A stretch of DNA of 64,000 nucleotides, taken from NCBI GenBank assembly GCA_964016885.1, contig OZ024741.1, positions 262,322,001-262,386,000 on the forward strand, given 5' to 3'. The notes under the pieces were generated by a model. The model did not search any database. It had not been told where the DNA came from and worked only from the letters and a program-made list of their open reading frames with translations. Both the position numbers and the translations under genes were made by a program. Of the stretch, positions 12,719 through 25,455 are shown in pieces. The number at the start of each line of letters is the position of its first letter. Position 1 is the stretch's first letter. The stretch is from Eledone cirrhosa. Lineage: Eukaryota.

Positions 12719-13486
12719 TTACGAGTGTTTCGACTTACGAGTGTTTCGGCTTACGTGAGTTTCGACTTAAGAGTGTTCTGATTTACGAGTGTTCTGACTT
12801 GCGGGTGTTCTGATTTACGAGTGTTCCGACTTACGAGGGTTCTGACTTACGAGTGTTCCGAATTACGAGTGTTTCGGCTATGAGTGTTTCGACTTATGGG
12901 TGTTTCGACTTACGAGTGTTTTTACTTACGGTGTTTCGGCTTACGAGTGTTTCGACATACGAGTGTTTTGACTTACGGGTGTTTCGACTTACGAGTGTTT
13001 TGACTTACGAATGTTTTTACTTACGGGTGTTTCGGCTTACGAGTGTTTCGACTTACGAGTGTTTCGGCTTACGAGTGTTTCGACTTACTAATGTTTTTAC
13101 TTACGAGTGTTTCGGCGTACGAGAGTTTTGACTTACGAGTGTTTCGACTTACGAGTGTTCTGACTTACGAGTGTTCCGAGTTACGAGTGTTCCGACTTAC
13201 GAGTGTTTCGGCTTACGAGTGTTTCGGCTTACGAGTGTTTCGCCTTACGAGTGTTCCGACTTACGGGTGCTTCGACTTACGAGTGTTTGGGCTTACGGTA
13301 TTTCGGCTTACGAGTGTTTCGAGTTACGAGTGTTTTGACTTACGCGTGTTTTGACATACGAGTTTTTCGATACGAGTGTTCTTACTTACGAGTGTTCTGA
13401 TTACGAGTGTTCTGACTTACGAGTGTTCCGACTTTACGAGTGTTTCGGCTCACGAGTGTTTCGGCTTACGAGTGTTTCGACTTACG

Positions 13487-13564
13487 AAAATAACAAATAG
13501 ACGCGGTTTCAAATCTCTATGCTTTTCAAATTCATTACATTAATCTTTATTTATACGTTTCGCT
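13487..13564 (+). repeat. AT-rich element copy 9
   Basis: Direct match to copy 1. Confidence 0.95.
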
Positions 13565-14445
13565 TTACGAGTGTTTCGACTTACTAGTGTTTCGACATAC
13601 GAGTGTTTCGACTTACGAATGTTTTTGCTTACGAGTGTTTCGGCTTACGAGTGTCCCGACTTACGAGTGTTTCGGCTTACGAGTGTTTCCGGCTTACGAG
13701 TGTTTCGACTTACGGGTGTTTCGACTCACGAGTGTTCTGATTTACGAGTGTTCTGACTTGCGGGTGTTCTGATTTACGAGTGTTCCGACTTACGAGGGTT
13801 CTGACTTACGAGTGTTCCGACTTACGAGTGTTTCGGCTATGAGTGTTTCGACTTATGGGTGTTTCGACTTACGAGTGTTTTTACTTACGGTGTTTCGGCT
13901 TACGAGTGTTTCGACATACGAGTGTTTTGACTTACGGGTGTTTCGACTTACGAGTGTTTTGACTTACGAATGTTTTGACTTACGGGTGTTTCGGCTTACG
14001 AGTGTTTCGACTTACGAGTGTTTCGGCTTACGAGTGTTTCGACTTACTAATGTTTTTACTTACGAGTGTTTCGGCGTACGAGAGTTTTGACTTACGAGTG
14101 TTTCGACTTACGAGTGTTCTGACTTACGAGTGTTGCGACTTACGAGTGTTCCGACTTACGAGTGTTTCGGCTTACGAGTGTTTCGGCTTACGAGTGTTTC
14201 GCCTTACGAGTGTTCCGACTTACGGGTGCTTCGACTTACGAGTGTTTGGGCTTACGGTATTTCGGCTTACGAGTGTTTCGAGTTACGAGTGTTTTGACTT
14301 ACGCGTGTTTTGACATACGAGTTTTTCGATACGAGTGTTCTGACTTACGAGTGTTCTGATTACGAGTGTTCTGACTTACGAGTGTTCCGACTTTACGAGT
14401 GTTTCGGCTCACGAGTGTTTCGGCTTACGAGTGTTTCGACTTACG

Positions 14446-14523
14446 AAAATAACAAATAGACGCGGTTTCAAATCTCTATGCTTTTCAAATTCATTACATT
14501 AATCTTTATTTATACGTTTCGCT
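14446..14523 (+). repeat. AT-rich element copy 10
   Basis: Direct match to copy 1. Confidence 0.95.
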
Positions 14524-15404
14524 TTACGAGTGTTTCGACTTACGAGTGTTTCGACATACGAGTGTTTCGACTTACGAATGTTTTTGCTTACGAGTGTTTC
14601 GGCTTACGAGTGTTCCGACTTACGAGTGTTTCGGCTTACGAGTGTTTCCGGCTTACGAGTGTTTCGACTTACGGGTGTTTCGACTCACGAGTGTTCTGAT
14701 TTACGAGTGTTCTGACTTGCGGGTGTTCTGATTTACGAGTGTTCCGACTTACGAGGGTTCTGACTTACGAGTGTTCCGACTTACGAGTGTTTCGGCTATG
14801 AGTGTTTCGACTTATGGGTGTTTCGACTTACGAGTGTTTTTACTTACGGTGTTTCGGCTTACGAGTGTTTCGACATACGAGTGTTTTGACTTACGGGTGT
14901 TTCGACTTACGAGTGTTTTGACTTACGAATGTTTTGACTTACGGGTGTTTCGGCTTACGAGTGTTTCGACTTACGAGTGTTTCGGCTTACGAGTGTTTCG
15001 ACTTACTAATGTTTTTACTTACGAGTGTTTCGGCGTACGAGAGTTTTGACTTACGAGTGTTTCGACTTACGAGTGTTCTGACTTACGAGTGTTGCGACTT
15101 ACGAGTGTTCCGACTTACGAGTGTTTCGGCTTACGAGTGTTTCGGCTTACGAGTGTTTCGACTTACGAGTGTTCCGACTTACGGGTGCTTCGACTTACGA
15201 GTGTTTGGGCTTACGGTATTTCGGCTTACGAGTGTTTCGAGTTACGAGTGTTTTGACTTACGCGTGTTTTGACATACGAGTTTTTCGATACGAGTGTTCT
15301 GACTTACGAGTGTTCTGATTACGAGTGTTCTGACTTACGAGTGTTCCGACTTTACGAGTGTTTCGGCTCACGAGTGTTTCGGCTTACGAGTGTTTCGACT
15401 TACG

Positions 15405-15482
15405 AAAATAACAAATAGACGTGGTTTCAAATCTCTATGCTTTTCAAATTCATTACATTAATCTTTATTTATACGTTTCGCT
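15405..15482 (+). repeat. AT-rich element copy 11 (GACGTGG variant)
   Basis: Direct match to copy 2. Confidence 0.95.
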
Positions 15483-16980
15483 TTACGAGTGTTTCGACTT
15501 ACGAGTGTTTCGACATACGAGTGTTTCGACTTACGAATGTTTTTGCTTACGAGTGTTCCGACTTACGAGTGTTCCGACTTACGAGTGTTTCGGCTTACGA
15601 GTGTTTCCGGCTTACGAGTGTTTTGACTTACGGGTGTTTTGACTTACGGGTGTTTCGGCTTACGAGTTTTTCGACTTACGAGTGTTTTGACTTACGAGTG
15701 ATCTGATTTACGGATGTTTCGACATACGAGTGTTTCGACTTACGAGTGTTTCGACTTATGAGTATTTCGACTTACGAGTGTTTCGACTTACGAGTGTTTC
15801 GACTTACGAGTGTTCCGACTTACGAGTGTTTCGGCTTACGAGTGTTTTGGGTTACGAGTGTTTCGACATACGAGTGTTTCGACTTACGAGTGTTCCGACT
15901 AACGAGTGTTCCGACTTACGAGTGTTTCGGCTTACGAGTGTTTCGGCTTACCAGTGTTTCGACTTACGAGTGTTTTAACTTACGTGTGTTTCGGCTTACG
16001 AGTGTTTCGACTTACGAGTGTTTTTACTTACGGTGTTTCGGCTTACGAGTGTTTCGACATACGAGTGTTTTGACTTAAGGGTGTTTCGACTTACGAGTGT
16101 TTCGACTTACGAGTGTTTCGGCTTACGAGTGTTTTGACTTAAGGATGTTTCGACTTACGAGTGTTTCGATACGAGTGTTTCGACTTACGAGTGTTTTGAC
16201 TTACGGTGTGTCGGCTTACGAGTGTTTCGACTTACGAGTGTTTTGACTTACGGGTGTTTTGACATACGATTGTTTCGATACGAGTGTTCTGACTTACGAG
16301 TGTTCTGACTTACGTGTTTTGACTTACGAGTGTTCTGACTTACGAGTGTTCCGACTTACGAGTGTTCCGACTTACGAGTGTTTCGGCTTACGAGTGTTTC
16401 CGGCTTACGAGTGTTTCGACTTACGAGTGTTTTGACTTACGGTGTTTCGGCTTACGAGTGATTCAACTTACGAGAGTTTTGACTTACGGGTGTTTTGACT
16501 TACGGGTGTTGTGAATTACGAGTGTTCCGATTTACGAGTGTTTTGACTTACGGTGTTTCGGCTTACGAGTGATTTGACTTACTAATGTTTTTACTTACGA
16601 GTGTTTCGGCGTACGAGAGTTTTGACTTACGAGTGTTTCGACTTACGAGTGTTCTGACTTACGAGTGTTCCGACTTACGAGTGTTTCGGCTTACGAGTGT
16701 TTCGGCTTACGAGTGTTTCGACTTACGAGTGTTTCGACTTACGAGTGTTCCGACTTACGGGTGCTTCGACTTACGAGTGTTTGGGCTTACGGTGTTTCGG
16801 CTTACGAGTGTTTCGAGTTACGAGTGTTTTGACTTACGCGTGTTTTGACATGCGAGTTTTTCGATACGAGTGTTCTGACTTACGAGTGTTCTGATTACGA
16901 GTGTTCTGACTTACGAGTGTTCCGACTTTACGAGTGTTTCGGCTCACGAGTTTTTCGGCTTACGAGTGTTTCGACTTACG

Positions 16981-17058
16981 AAAATAACAAATAGACGCGG
17001 TTTCAAATCTCTATGCTTTTCAAATTCATTACATTAATCTTTATTTATACGTTTCGAT
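16981..17058 (+). repeat. AT-rich element copy 12 (ends TTTCGAT)
   Basis: Match to copy 1 with one substitution near the 3' end. Confidence 0.95.
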
Positions 17059-18260
17059 TTACGAGTGTTTCGACTTACGAGTGTTTCGACATACGAGTGT
17101 TTCGACTTACGAATGTTTTTGCTTACGAGTGTTTCGGCTTACGAGTGTTCCGACTTACGAGTGTTCCGACTTACGAGTGTTTCGGCTTACGAGTGTTTCC
17201 GGCTTACGAGTGTTTCGACTTACGGGTGTTTCGACTTACGGGTGTTTTGACTTACGGTGTTTCGGCTTACGAGTGTTTTCAGCTTACGAGTGATTCGACT
17301 TACGAGTGTTTTGACTTACGGGTGTTTTGACTTACGGGTGTTGTGAATTACGAGTGTTCCGATTTACGAGTGTTTTGACTTACGAATGTTTTGACTTACG
17401 GGTGTTTCGACTTACGAGTGTTTTGACTTACGAATGTTTTGACTAACGGGTGTTTCGGCTTACCAGTGTTTCGACTTACGAGTGTTTCGGCTTACGAGTG
17501 TTTCGACTTACTAATGTTTTTACTTACTAGTGTTTCGGCGTACGAGTGTTTTGACTTACGAGTGTTTCGACTTACGAGTGTTTTGACTTACGAATGTTTT
17601 GACTTACGGGTGTTTCGGCTTACGAGTGTTTCGACTTACGAGTGTTTCGGCTTGCGAGTGTTTCGACTTACTAATGTTTTTACTTACGAGTGTTTCGGCG
17701 TACGAGTGTTTCGACTTACGAGTGTTCTGACTTACGAGTGTTCTGATTTACGGATGTTTCGACATACGAGTGTTTCGACTTACGAGTGTTTCGACTTACG
17801 AATGTTTTGACTAACGGGTGTTTTGACATACGAGTGTTTCGATACGAGTGTTTCGACTTACGAATGTTCTAACTTACGAGTGTTCTGACTTACGAGTGTT
17901 CTGACTTACGAGTGTTCTGACTTACGAGTGTTCCGACTTACGAGTGTTCCGACTTACGAGTGTTTCGGCTTACGAGTGTTTCGGCTTACGAGTGTTTCGA
18001 CTTACGAGTGTTTCGACTTACAAGTGTTCCGACTTACGGGTGCTTCGACTTACGAGTGTTTAGGCTTACGGTGTTTCGGCTTACGAGTGTTTCGAGTTAC
18101 GAGTGTTTTGACTTACGCGTGTTTTGACATACGAGTTTTTCGATACGAGTGTTCTGACTTACGAGTGTTCTGACTTACGAGTGTTCTGACTTACGAGTGT
18201 TCCGACTTTACGAGTGTTTCGGCTCACGAGTGTTTCGGCTTACGAGTGTTTCGACTTACG

Positions 18261-18338
18261 AAAATAACAAATAGACGCGGTTTCAAATCTCTATGCTTTT
18301 CAAATTCATTACATTAATCTTTATTTATACGTTTCGCT
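18261..18338 (+). repeat. AT-rich element copy 13
   Basis: Direct match to copy 1. Confidence 0.95.
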
Positions 18339-18981
18339 TTACGAGTGTTTTGACTTACGAGTGTTTCGACATACGAGTATTTCGACTTACGAATGTTTTT
18401 GCTTACGAGTGTTTCGGCTTACGAGTGTTTCGACTTACGAGTGTTCCGACTTACGAGTGTTTCGGCTTACGAGTGTTTCCGGCTTACGAGTGTTTCGACT
18501 TACGGGTGTTTCGACTTACTAGTGTTTTGACTTACGGCGTTTCGGCTTACGAGTGTTTTCAGCTTACGAGTGATTCGACTTACGAGTGTTTTGACTTACG
18601 GGTGTTTTGACTTACGGTGTTTCGGCTTACGAGTGATTCGACTTACGAATGTTTTGACTTACGGGTGTTTCGGCTTGCGAGTGTTTCGACTTACGAGTGT
18701 TTCGGCTTATGAGTGTTTCGACTTACTAATGTTTTTACTTACGAGTGTTTCGGCGTACGAATGTTTTGACTTACGAGTGTTTCGATACGAGTGTTTCGAC
18801 TTACGAGTGTTCTGACTTACGAGTGTTCTGACTTACGAGTGCTCTGACTTACGAGTGTTCTGACTTACGAGTGTTCTGACTTACGAGTGTTCTGACTTAC
18901 GAGCGTTCTGATTTACGAGTGTTTCGACATACGAGTGTTTCGACTTACGAGTGTTCCGACTAACGAGTGTTCCGACTTACG

Positions 18982-19059
18982 AAAATAACAAATAGACCCG
19001 GTTTCAAATCTCTATGCTTTTCAAATTCATTACATTAATCTTTATTTATACGTTTCGCT
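18982..19059 (+). repeat. AT-rich element copy 14 (GACCCGG variant)
   Basis: Match to copy 1 with G>C. Confidence 0.95.
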
Positions 19060-20775
19060 TTACGAGTGTTTCGGCGTACGAGTGTTTCGACTTACGAGTG
19101 TTTTAACTTACGTGTGTTTCGGCTTACGAGTGTTTCGACTTACGAGTGTTTCGGCTTACGAGTGTTTCGACTTACTAAGGTTTTTACTTACGAGTGTTTC
19201 GGCGTACGAGAGTTTTGACTTACGAGTGTTTCGACTTACGAGTGTTTCGACTTACGAGTGTTTTGACTTACGAATGTTTTGACTTACGGGTGTTTCGGCT
19301 TACGGGTGTTTTGACTTACGGGTGTTTCGGCTTACGAGTGTTTCGACTTACGAGTGTTTTGACTTACGAGTGTTCTGATTTACGGATGTTTCGACATACT
19401 AGTGTTTCGACTTACGAGTGTTTCGACTTATGAGTGTTTCGACTTACGAGTGTTTCGACTTACGAGTGTTTCGGCTTACGAGTGTTTCGACTTACGAGTG
19501 TTTTGACTTACGGTGTTTCGACTTACGAGTGTTTTAACTTACGGGTGTTTTGACATACGAGTGTTTCGACTAACTAATGTTTTTACTTACGAGTGTTTCG
19601 GCGTACGAATGTTTTGACAGACGGGTGTTTCGGCTTACCAGTGTTTCGACTTACGAGTCTTTCGGCTTACGAGTGTTTCGACTTACTAATGTTTTTACTT
19701 ACGAGTGTTTCGGCGTACGAGTGTTTCGACTTACGAGTGTTTCGACTTACGGGTGTTTTGACTTACGGGTGTTTCGGCTTACGAGTGTTTCGACTTACGA
19801 GTGTTTTGACTTAAGGGTGTTTCGACTTACGAGTATTTTTGGCTTACGAGTGTTTCGACTTACGAGTGTTTTGACTTACGAGTGATCTGATTTACAGATG
19901 TTTCGACATACGAGTGTTTCCGGCTTACGAGTGTTTCGACTTACGAGTGTTTTGACTTACGGGTGTTTTGACTTACGGGTGTTTCGGCTTACGAGTGTTT
20001 CGACTTACGAGTGTTTTGACTTAAGGGTGTTTCGACTTATGAGTATTTCGACTTACGAGTGTTTCGACTTACGAGTGTTTCGACTTACGAGTGTTCCGAC
20101 TTACGAGTGTTTCGGCTTACGAGTGTTTCCGGCTTACGAGTGTTTCGACTTACGAGTGTTTTGACTTACGGTGTTTCGGCTTACGAGTGATTCGACTTAC
20201 GAATGTTTTGACTTACGGGTGTTTCGGCTTGCGAGTGTTTCGACTTACGAGTGTTTCGGCTTGCGAGTGTTTCGACTTACTAATGTTTTTACTTACGAGT
20301 GTTTCGGCGTACGAGTGTTTCGACTTACGAGTGTTTTGACTTAAGGGTGTTTCGACTTACGAGTGTTTCGACTTACGAGTGTTTCGACTTACGAGTGTTT
20401 CGGCTTACGAGTGTTTTGACTTAAGGATGTTTCGACTTACGAGTGTTTCGATACGAGTGTTCTGACTTACGAGTGTTCTGACTTACGAGTGTTTTGACTT
20501 ACGAGTGTTCTGACTTACGAGTGTTCCGACTTACGTGTGTTCCGACTTACGAGTGTTCTGACTTACGAGCGTTCTGATTTACGAGTGTTCCGACTTACGA
20601 GTGTTTCGGCTTACGAGTGTTTCGGCTTACGAGTGTTTCGACATACGAGTGTTTCGACTTACGAGTGTTCCGACTAACGAGTGTTCCGACTTACGAGTGT
20701 TTCGGCTTACGAGTGTTTCGGCTTACGAGTGTTTCGACTTACGAGTGTTTCGGCTTACGAGTGTTTCGACTTACG

Positions 20776-20853
20776 AAAATAACAAATAGAACCGGTTTCA
20801 AATCTCTATGCTTTTCAAATTCATTACATTAATCTTTGTTTATACGTTTCGCT
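20776..20853 (+). repeat. AT-rich element copy 15 (GAACCGG, CTTTGTTT variant)
   Basis: Match to copy 1 with three substitutions. Confidence 0.95.
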
Positions 20854-22879
20854 TTACGTGTGTTTCGGCTTACGAGTGTTTCGACTTACGAGTGTTTTTA
20901 CTTACGGTGTTTCGGCTTACTAGTGTTTCGACATACGAGTGTTTTGACTTACGGGTGTTTCGACTTACGAGTGTTTTGACTTACGAATGTTTTGACTTAC
21001 GGGTGTTTCGGCTTACCAGTGTTTCGACTTACGAGTGTTTCGGCTTACGAGTGTTTCGACTTACTAAGGTTTTACTTACGAGTGTTTCGGCGTACGAGAG
21101 TTTTGACTTACGAGTGTTTCGACTTACGAGTGTTTCGACTTACGAGTGTTTTGACTTACGAATGTTTTGACTTACGGGTGTTTCGGCTTACGGGTGTTTT
21201 GACTTACGGGTGTTTCGGCTTACGAGTGTTTCGACTTACGAGTGTTTTGACTTACGAGTGTTCTGATTTACGGATGTTTCGACATACGAGTGTTTCGACT
21301 TACGAGTGTTTCGACTTATGAGTGTTTCGACATACGAGTGTTTCGACTTACGAGTGTTTCGGCTTACGAGTGTTTCGACTTACGAGTGTTTTGACTTACG
21401 GTGTTTCGGCTTACGAGTGTTTCGACTTACGAGTGTTTTAACTTACGGGTGTTTTGACATACGAGTGTTTCGACTAACTAATGTTTTTACTTACGAGTGT
21501 TTCGGCGTACGAGAGTTTGGACTTACGAGTGTTTCGACTTACGAGTGTTTCGACTTACGAGCGTTTTGACTTACGAATGTTTTGACTTACGGGTGTTTCG
21601 GCTTACCAGTGTTTCGACTTACGAGTCTTTCGGCTTACGAGTGTTTCGACTTACTAATGTTTTTACTTACGAGTGTTTCGGCGTACGAGTGTTTCGACTT
21701 ACGAGTGTTTCGACTTACGTGTGTTTTGACTTACGGGTGTTTCGGCTTACGAGTGTTTCGACTTACGAGTGTTTTGACTTAAGGGTGTTTCGACTTACGA
21801 GTATTTTTGGCTTACGGGTGTTTCGACTTACGAGTGTTTTGACTTACGAGTGATCTGATTTACGGATGTTTCGACATACGAGTGTTTCGACTTACGAGTG
21901 TTTCGACTTATGAGTATTTCGACTTACGAGTGTTTCGACTTACGAGTGTTTCGACTTACGAGTGTTCCGACTTACGAGTGTTTCGGCTTTCGAGTGTTTC
22001 CGGCTTACGAGTGTTTCGACTTACGAGTGTTTTGACTTACGGTGTTTCGGCTTACGAGTGATTCGACTTACGAGTGTTTTGACTTACGGGTGTTTTGACT
22101 TACGGGTGTTGTGAATTACGAGTGTTCCGATTTACGAGTGTTTTGACTTACGGTGTTTCGGCTTACGAGTGATTCGACTTACGAATGTTTTGACTTACGG
22201 GTGTTTCGGCTTGCGAGTGTTTCGACTTACGAGTGTTTCGGCTTGCGAGTGTTTCGACTTACTAATGTTTTTACTTACGAGTGTTTCGGCGTACGAGTGT
22301 TTCGACTTACGAGTGTTTCGACTTACGGGTGCTTTGACTTACGGGTGTTTCGGCTTACGAGTGTTTCGACTGACGAGTGTTTTGACTTAAGGGTGTTTCG
22401 ACTTACGAGTGTTTCGACTTACGAGTGTTTCGACTTACGAGTGTTTCGGCTTACGAGTGTTTTGACTTAAGGATGTTTCGACTTACGAGTGTTTCCATAC
22501 GAGTGTTCTGACTTACGAGTGTTCTGACTTACGAGTGTTTTGACTTACGATCTGACTTACGAGTGTTCCGACTTACGAGTGTTCGGACTTCCGAGTGTTT
22601 CGGCTTACGAGTGTTTCGACTTACGAGTGTTTCGACTTACGAGTGTTCCGACTTACGGGTGCTTCGACTTACGAGTGTTTAGGCTTACGGTGTTTCGGCT
22701 TACGAGTGTTTCGAGTTACGAGTGTTTTGACTTACGCGTGTTTTGACATACGAGTTTTTCGATACGAGTGTTCTGACTTACGAGTGTTCTGACTTACGAG
22801 TGTTCTGACTTACGAGTGTTCCGACTTTACGAGTGTTTCGGCTCACGAGTGTTTCGGCTTACGAGTGTTTCGACTTACG

Positions 22880-22957
22880 AAAATAACAAATAGACGCGGT
22901 TTCAAATCTCTATGCTTTTCAAATTCATTACATTAATCTTTATTTATACGTTTCGCT
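22880..22957 (+). repeat. AT-rich element copy 16
   Basis: Direct match to copy 1. Confidence 0.95.
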
Positions 22958-23696
22958 TTACGAGTGTTTCGACTTACGAGTGTTTCGACATACGAGTATT
23001 TCGACTTACGAATGTTTTTGCTTACGAGTGATTCGGCTTACGAGTGTTCCGACTTACGAGTGTTCCGACTTACGAGTGTTTCGGCTTACGAGTGTTTCCG
23101 GCTTACGAGTGTTTCGACTTACGGGTGTTTCGACTTACTAGTGTTTTGACTTACGGCGTTTCGGCTTACGAGTGTTTTCAGCTTACGAGTGATTCGACTT
23201 ACGAGTGTTTTGACTTACGGGTGTTTTGACTTACGGGTGTTGTGAATTACGAGTGTTCCGATTTACGAGTGTTTTGACTTACGGTGTTTCGGCTTACGAG
23301 TGATTCGACTTACGAATGTTTTGACTTACGGGTGTTTCGGCTTGCGAGTGTTTCGACTTACGAGTGTTTCGGCTTATGAGTGTTTCGACTTACTAATGTT
23401 TTTACTTACGAGTATTTCGGCGTACGAGTGTTTTGACTTACGAGTGTTTCGATACGAGTGTTTCGACTTACGAGTGTTCTGACTTACGAGTGTTCTGACT
23501 TACGAGTGCTCTGACTTACGAGTGTTCTGACTTACGAGTGTTCTGACTTACGAGTGTTCTGACTTACGAGCGTTCTGATTTACGAGTGTTCCGACTTACG
23601 AGTGTTTCGGCTTACGAGTGTTTCGGCTTACGAGTGTTTCGACATACGAGTGTTTCGACTTACGAGTGTTCCGACTAACGAGTGTTCCGACTTACG

Positions 23697-23774
23697 AAAA
23701 TAACAAATAGACCCGGTTTCAAATCTCTATGCTTTTCAAATTCATTACATTAATCTTTATTTATACGTTTCGCT
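23697..23774 (+). repeat. AT-rich element copy 17 (GACCCGG variant)
   Basis: Direct match to copy 14. Confidence 0.95.
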
Positions 23775-25377
23775 TTACGAGTGTTTCGGCGTACGAGTGT
23801 TTCGACTTACGAGTGTTTTAACTTACGTGTGTTTCGGCTTACGAGTGTTTCGACTTACGAGTGTTTCGGCTTACGAGTGTTTCGACTTACTAAGGTTTTT
23901 ACTTACGAGTGTTTCGGCGTACGAGAGTTTTGACTTACGAGTGTTTCGACTTACGAGTGTTTCGACTTACGAGTGTTTTGACTTACGAATGTTTTGACTT
24001 ACGGGTGTTTCGGCTTACGGGTGTTTTGACTTACGGGTGTTTCGGCTTACGAGTGTTTCGACTTACGTGTGTTTTGACTTACGAGTGTTCTGATTTACGG
24101 ATGTTTCGACATACGAGTGTTTCGACTTACGAGTGTTTCGACTTATGAGTGTTTCGACTTACGAGTGTTTCGACTTACGAGTGTTTCGGCTTACGAGTGT
24201 TTCGACTTACGAGTGTTTTGACTTACGGTGTTTCGACTTACGAGTGTTTTAACTTACGGGTGTTTTGACATACGAGTGTGTCGACTAACTAATGTTTTTA
24301 CTTACGAGTGTTTCGGCGTACGAATGTTTTGACTTACGGGTGTTTCGGCTTACCAGTGTTTCGACTTACGAGTCTTTCGGCTTACGAGTGTTTCGACTTA
24401 CTAATGTTTTTACTTACGAGTGTTTCGGCGTACGAGTGTTTCGACTTACGAGTGTTTCGACTTACGAGTATTTTTGGCTTACGAGTGTTTCGACTTACGA
24501 GTGTTTTGACTTACGAGTGATCTGATTTACAGATGTTTCGACATACGAGTGTTTCGACTTACGAGTGTTTCGACTTATGAGTATTTCGACTTACGAGTGT
24601 TTCGACTTACGAGTGTTTCGACTTACGAGTGTTCCGACTTACGAGTGTTTCGGCTTACGAGTGTTTCCGGCTTACGAGTGTTTCGACTTACGAGTGTTTT
24701 GACTTACGGTGTTTCGGCTTACGAGTGATTCGACTTACGAATGTTTTGACTTACGGGTGTTTCGGCTTGCGAGTGTTTCGACTTACGAGTGTTTCGGCTT
24801 GCGAGTGTTTCGACTTACTAATGTTTTTACTTACGAGTGTTTCGGCGTACGAGTGTTTCGACTTACGAGTGTTTCGACTTACGGGTGCTTTGACTTACGG
24901 GTGTTTCGGCTTACGAGTGTTTCGACTTACGAGTGTTTTGACTTAAGGGTGTTTCGACTTACGAGTGTTTCGACTTACGAGTGTTTCGACTTACGAGTGT
25001 TTCGGCTTACGAGTGTTTTGACTTAAGGATGTTTCGACTTACGAGTGTTTCGATACGAGTGTTCTGACTTACGAGTGTTCTGACTTACGAGTGTTTTGAC
25101 TTACGAGTGTTCTGACTTACGAGTGTTCCGACTTACGTGTGTTCCGACTTACGAGTGTTCTGACTTACGAGCGTTCTGATTTACGAGTGTTCCGACTTAC
25201 GAGTGTTTCGGCTTACGAGTGTTTCGGCTTACGAGTGTTTCGACATACGAGTGTTTCGACTTACGAGTGTTCCGACTAACGAGTGTTCCGACTTACGAGT
25301 GTTTCGGCTTACGAGTGTTTCGGCTTACGAGTGTTTCGACTTACGAGTGTTTCGGCTTACGAGTGTTTCGACTTACG

Positions 25378-25455
25378 AAAATAACAAATAGACCCGGTTT
25401 CAAATCTCTATGCTTTTCAAATTCATTACATTAATCTTTGTTTATACGTTTCGCT
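25378..25455 (+). repeat. AT-rich element copy 18 (GACCCGG, CTTTGTTT variant)
   Basis: Near match to copy 15. Confidence 0.95.

Larger units (their letters stand above)
5894..12855 (+). repeat. ~3.46-3.49 kb tandem higher-order duplication
   Basis: Identical ORF-track entries offset by 3459 (6048/9507, 6698/10157, 7023/10482, 7655/11114); inserts 9150/12641 are offset by 3491 (+32). Confidence 0.88.
13487..15482 (+). repeat. 959-bp higher-order repeat, 2 tandem units bounded by AT-rich elements
   Basis: Inserts at 13487, 14446 and 15405; ORFs 13812/14771, 13975/14934 and 14162/15121 are offset by 959; another 959 unit lies at 5723-6681. Confidence 0.9.
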
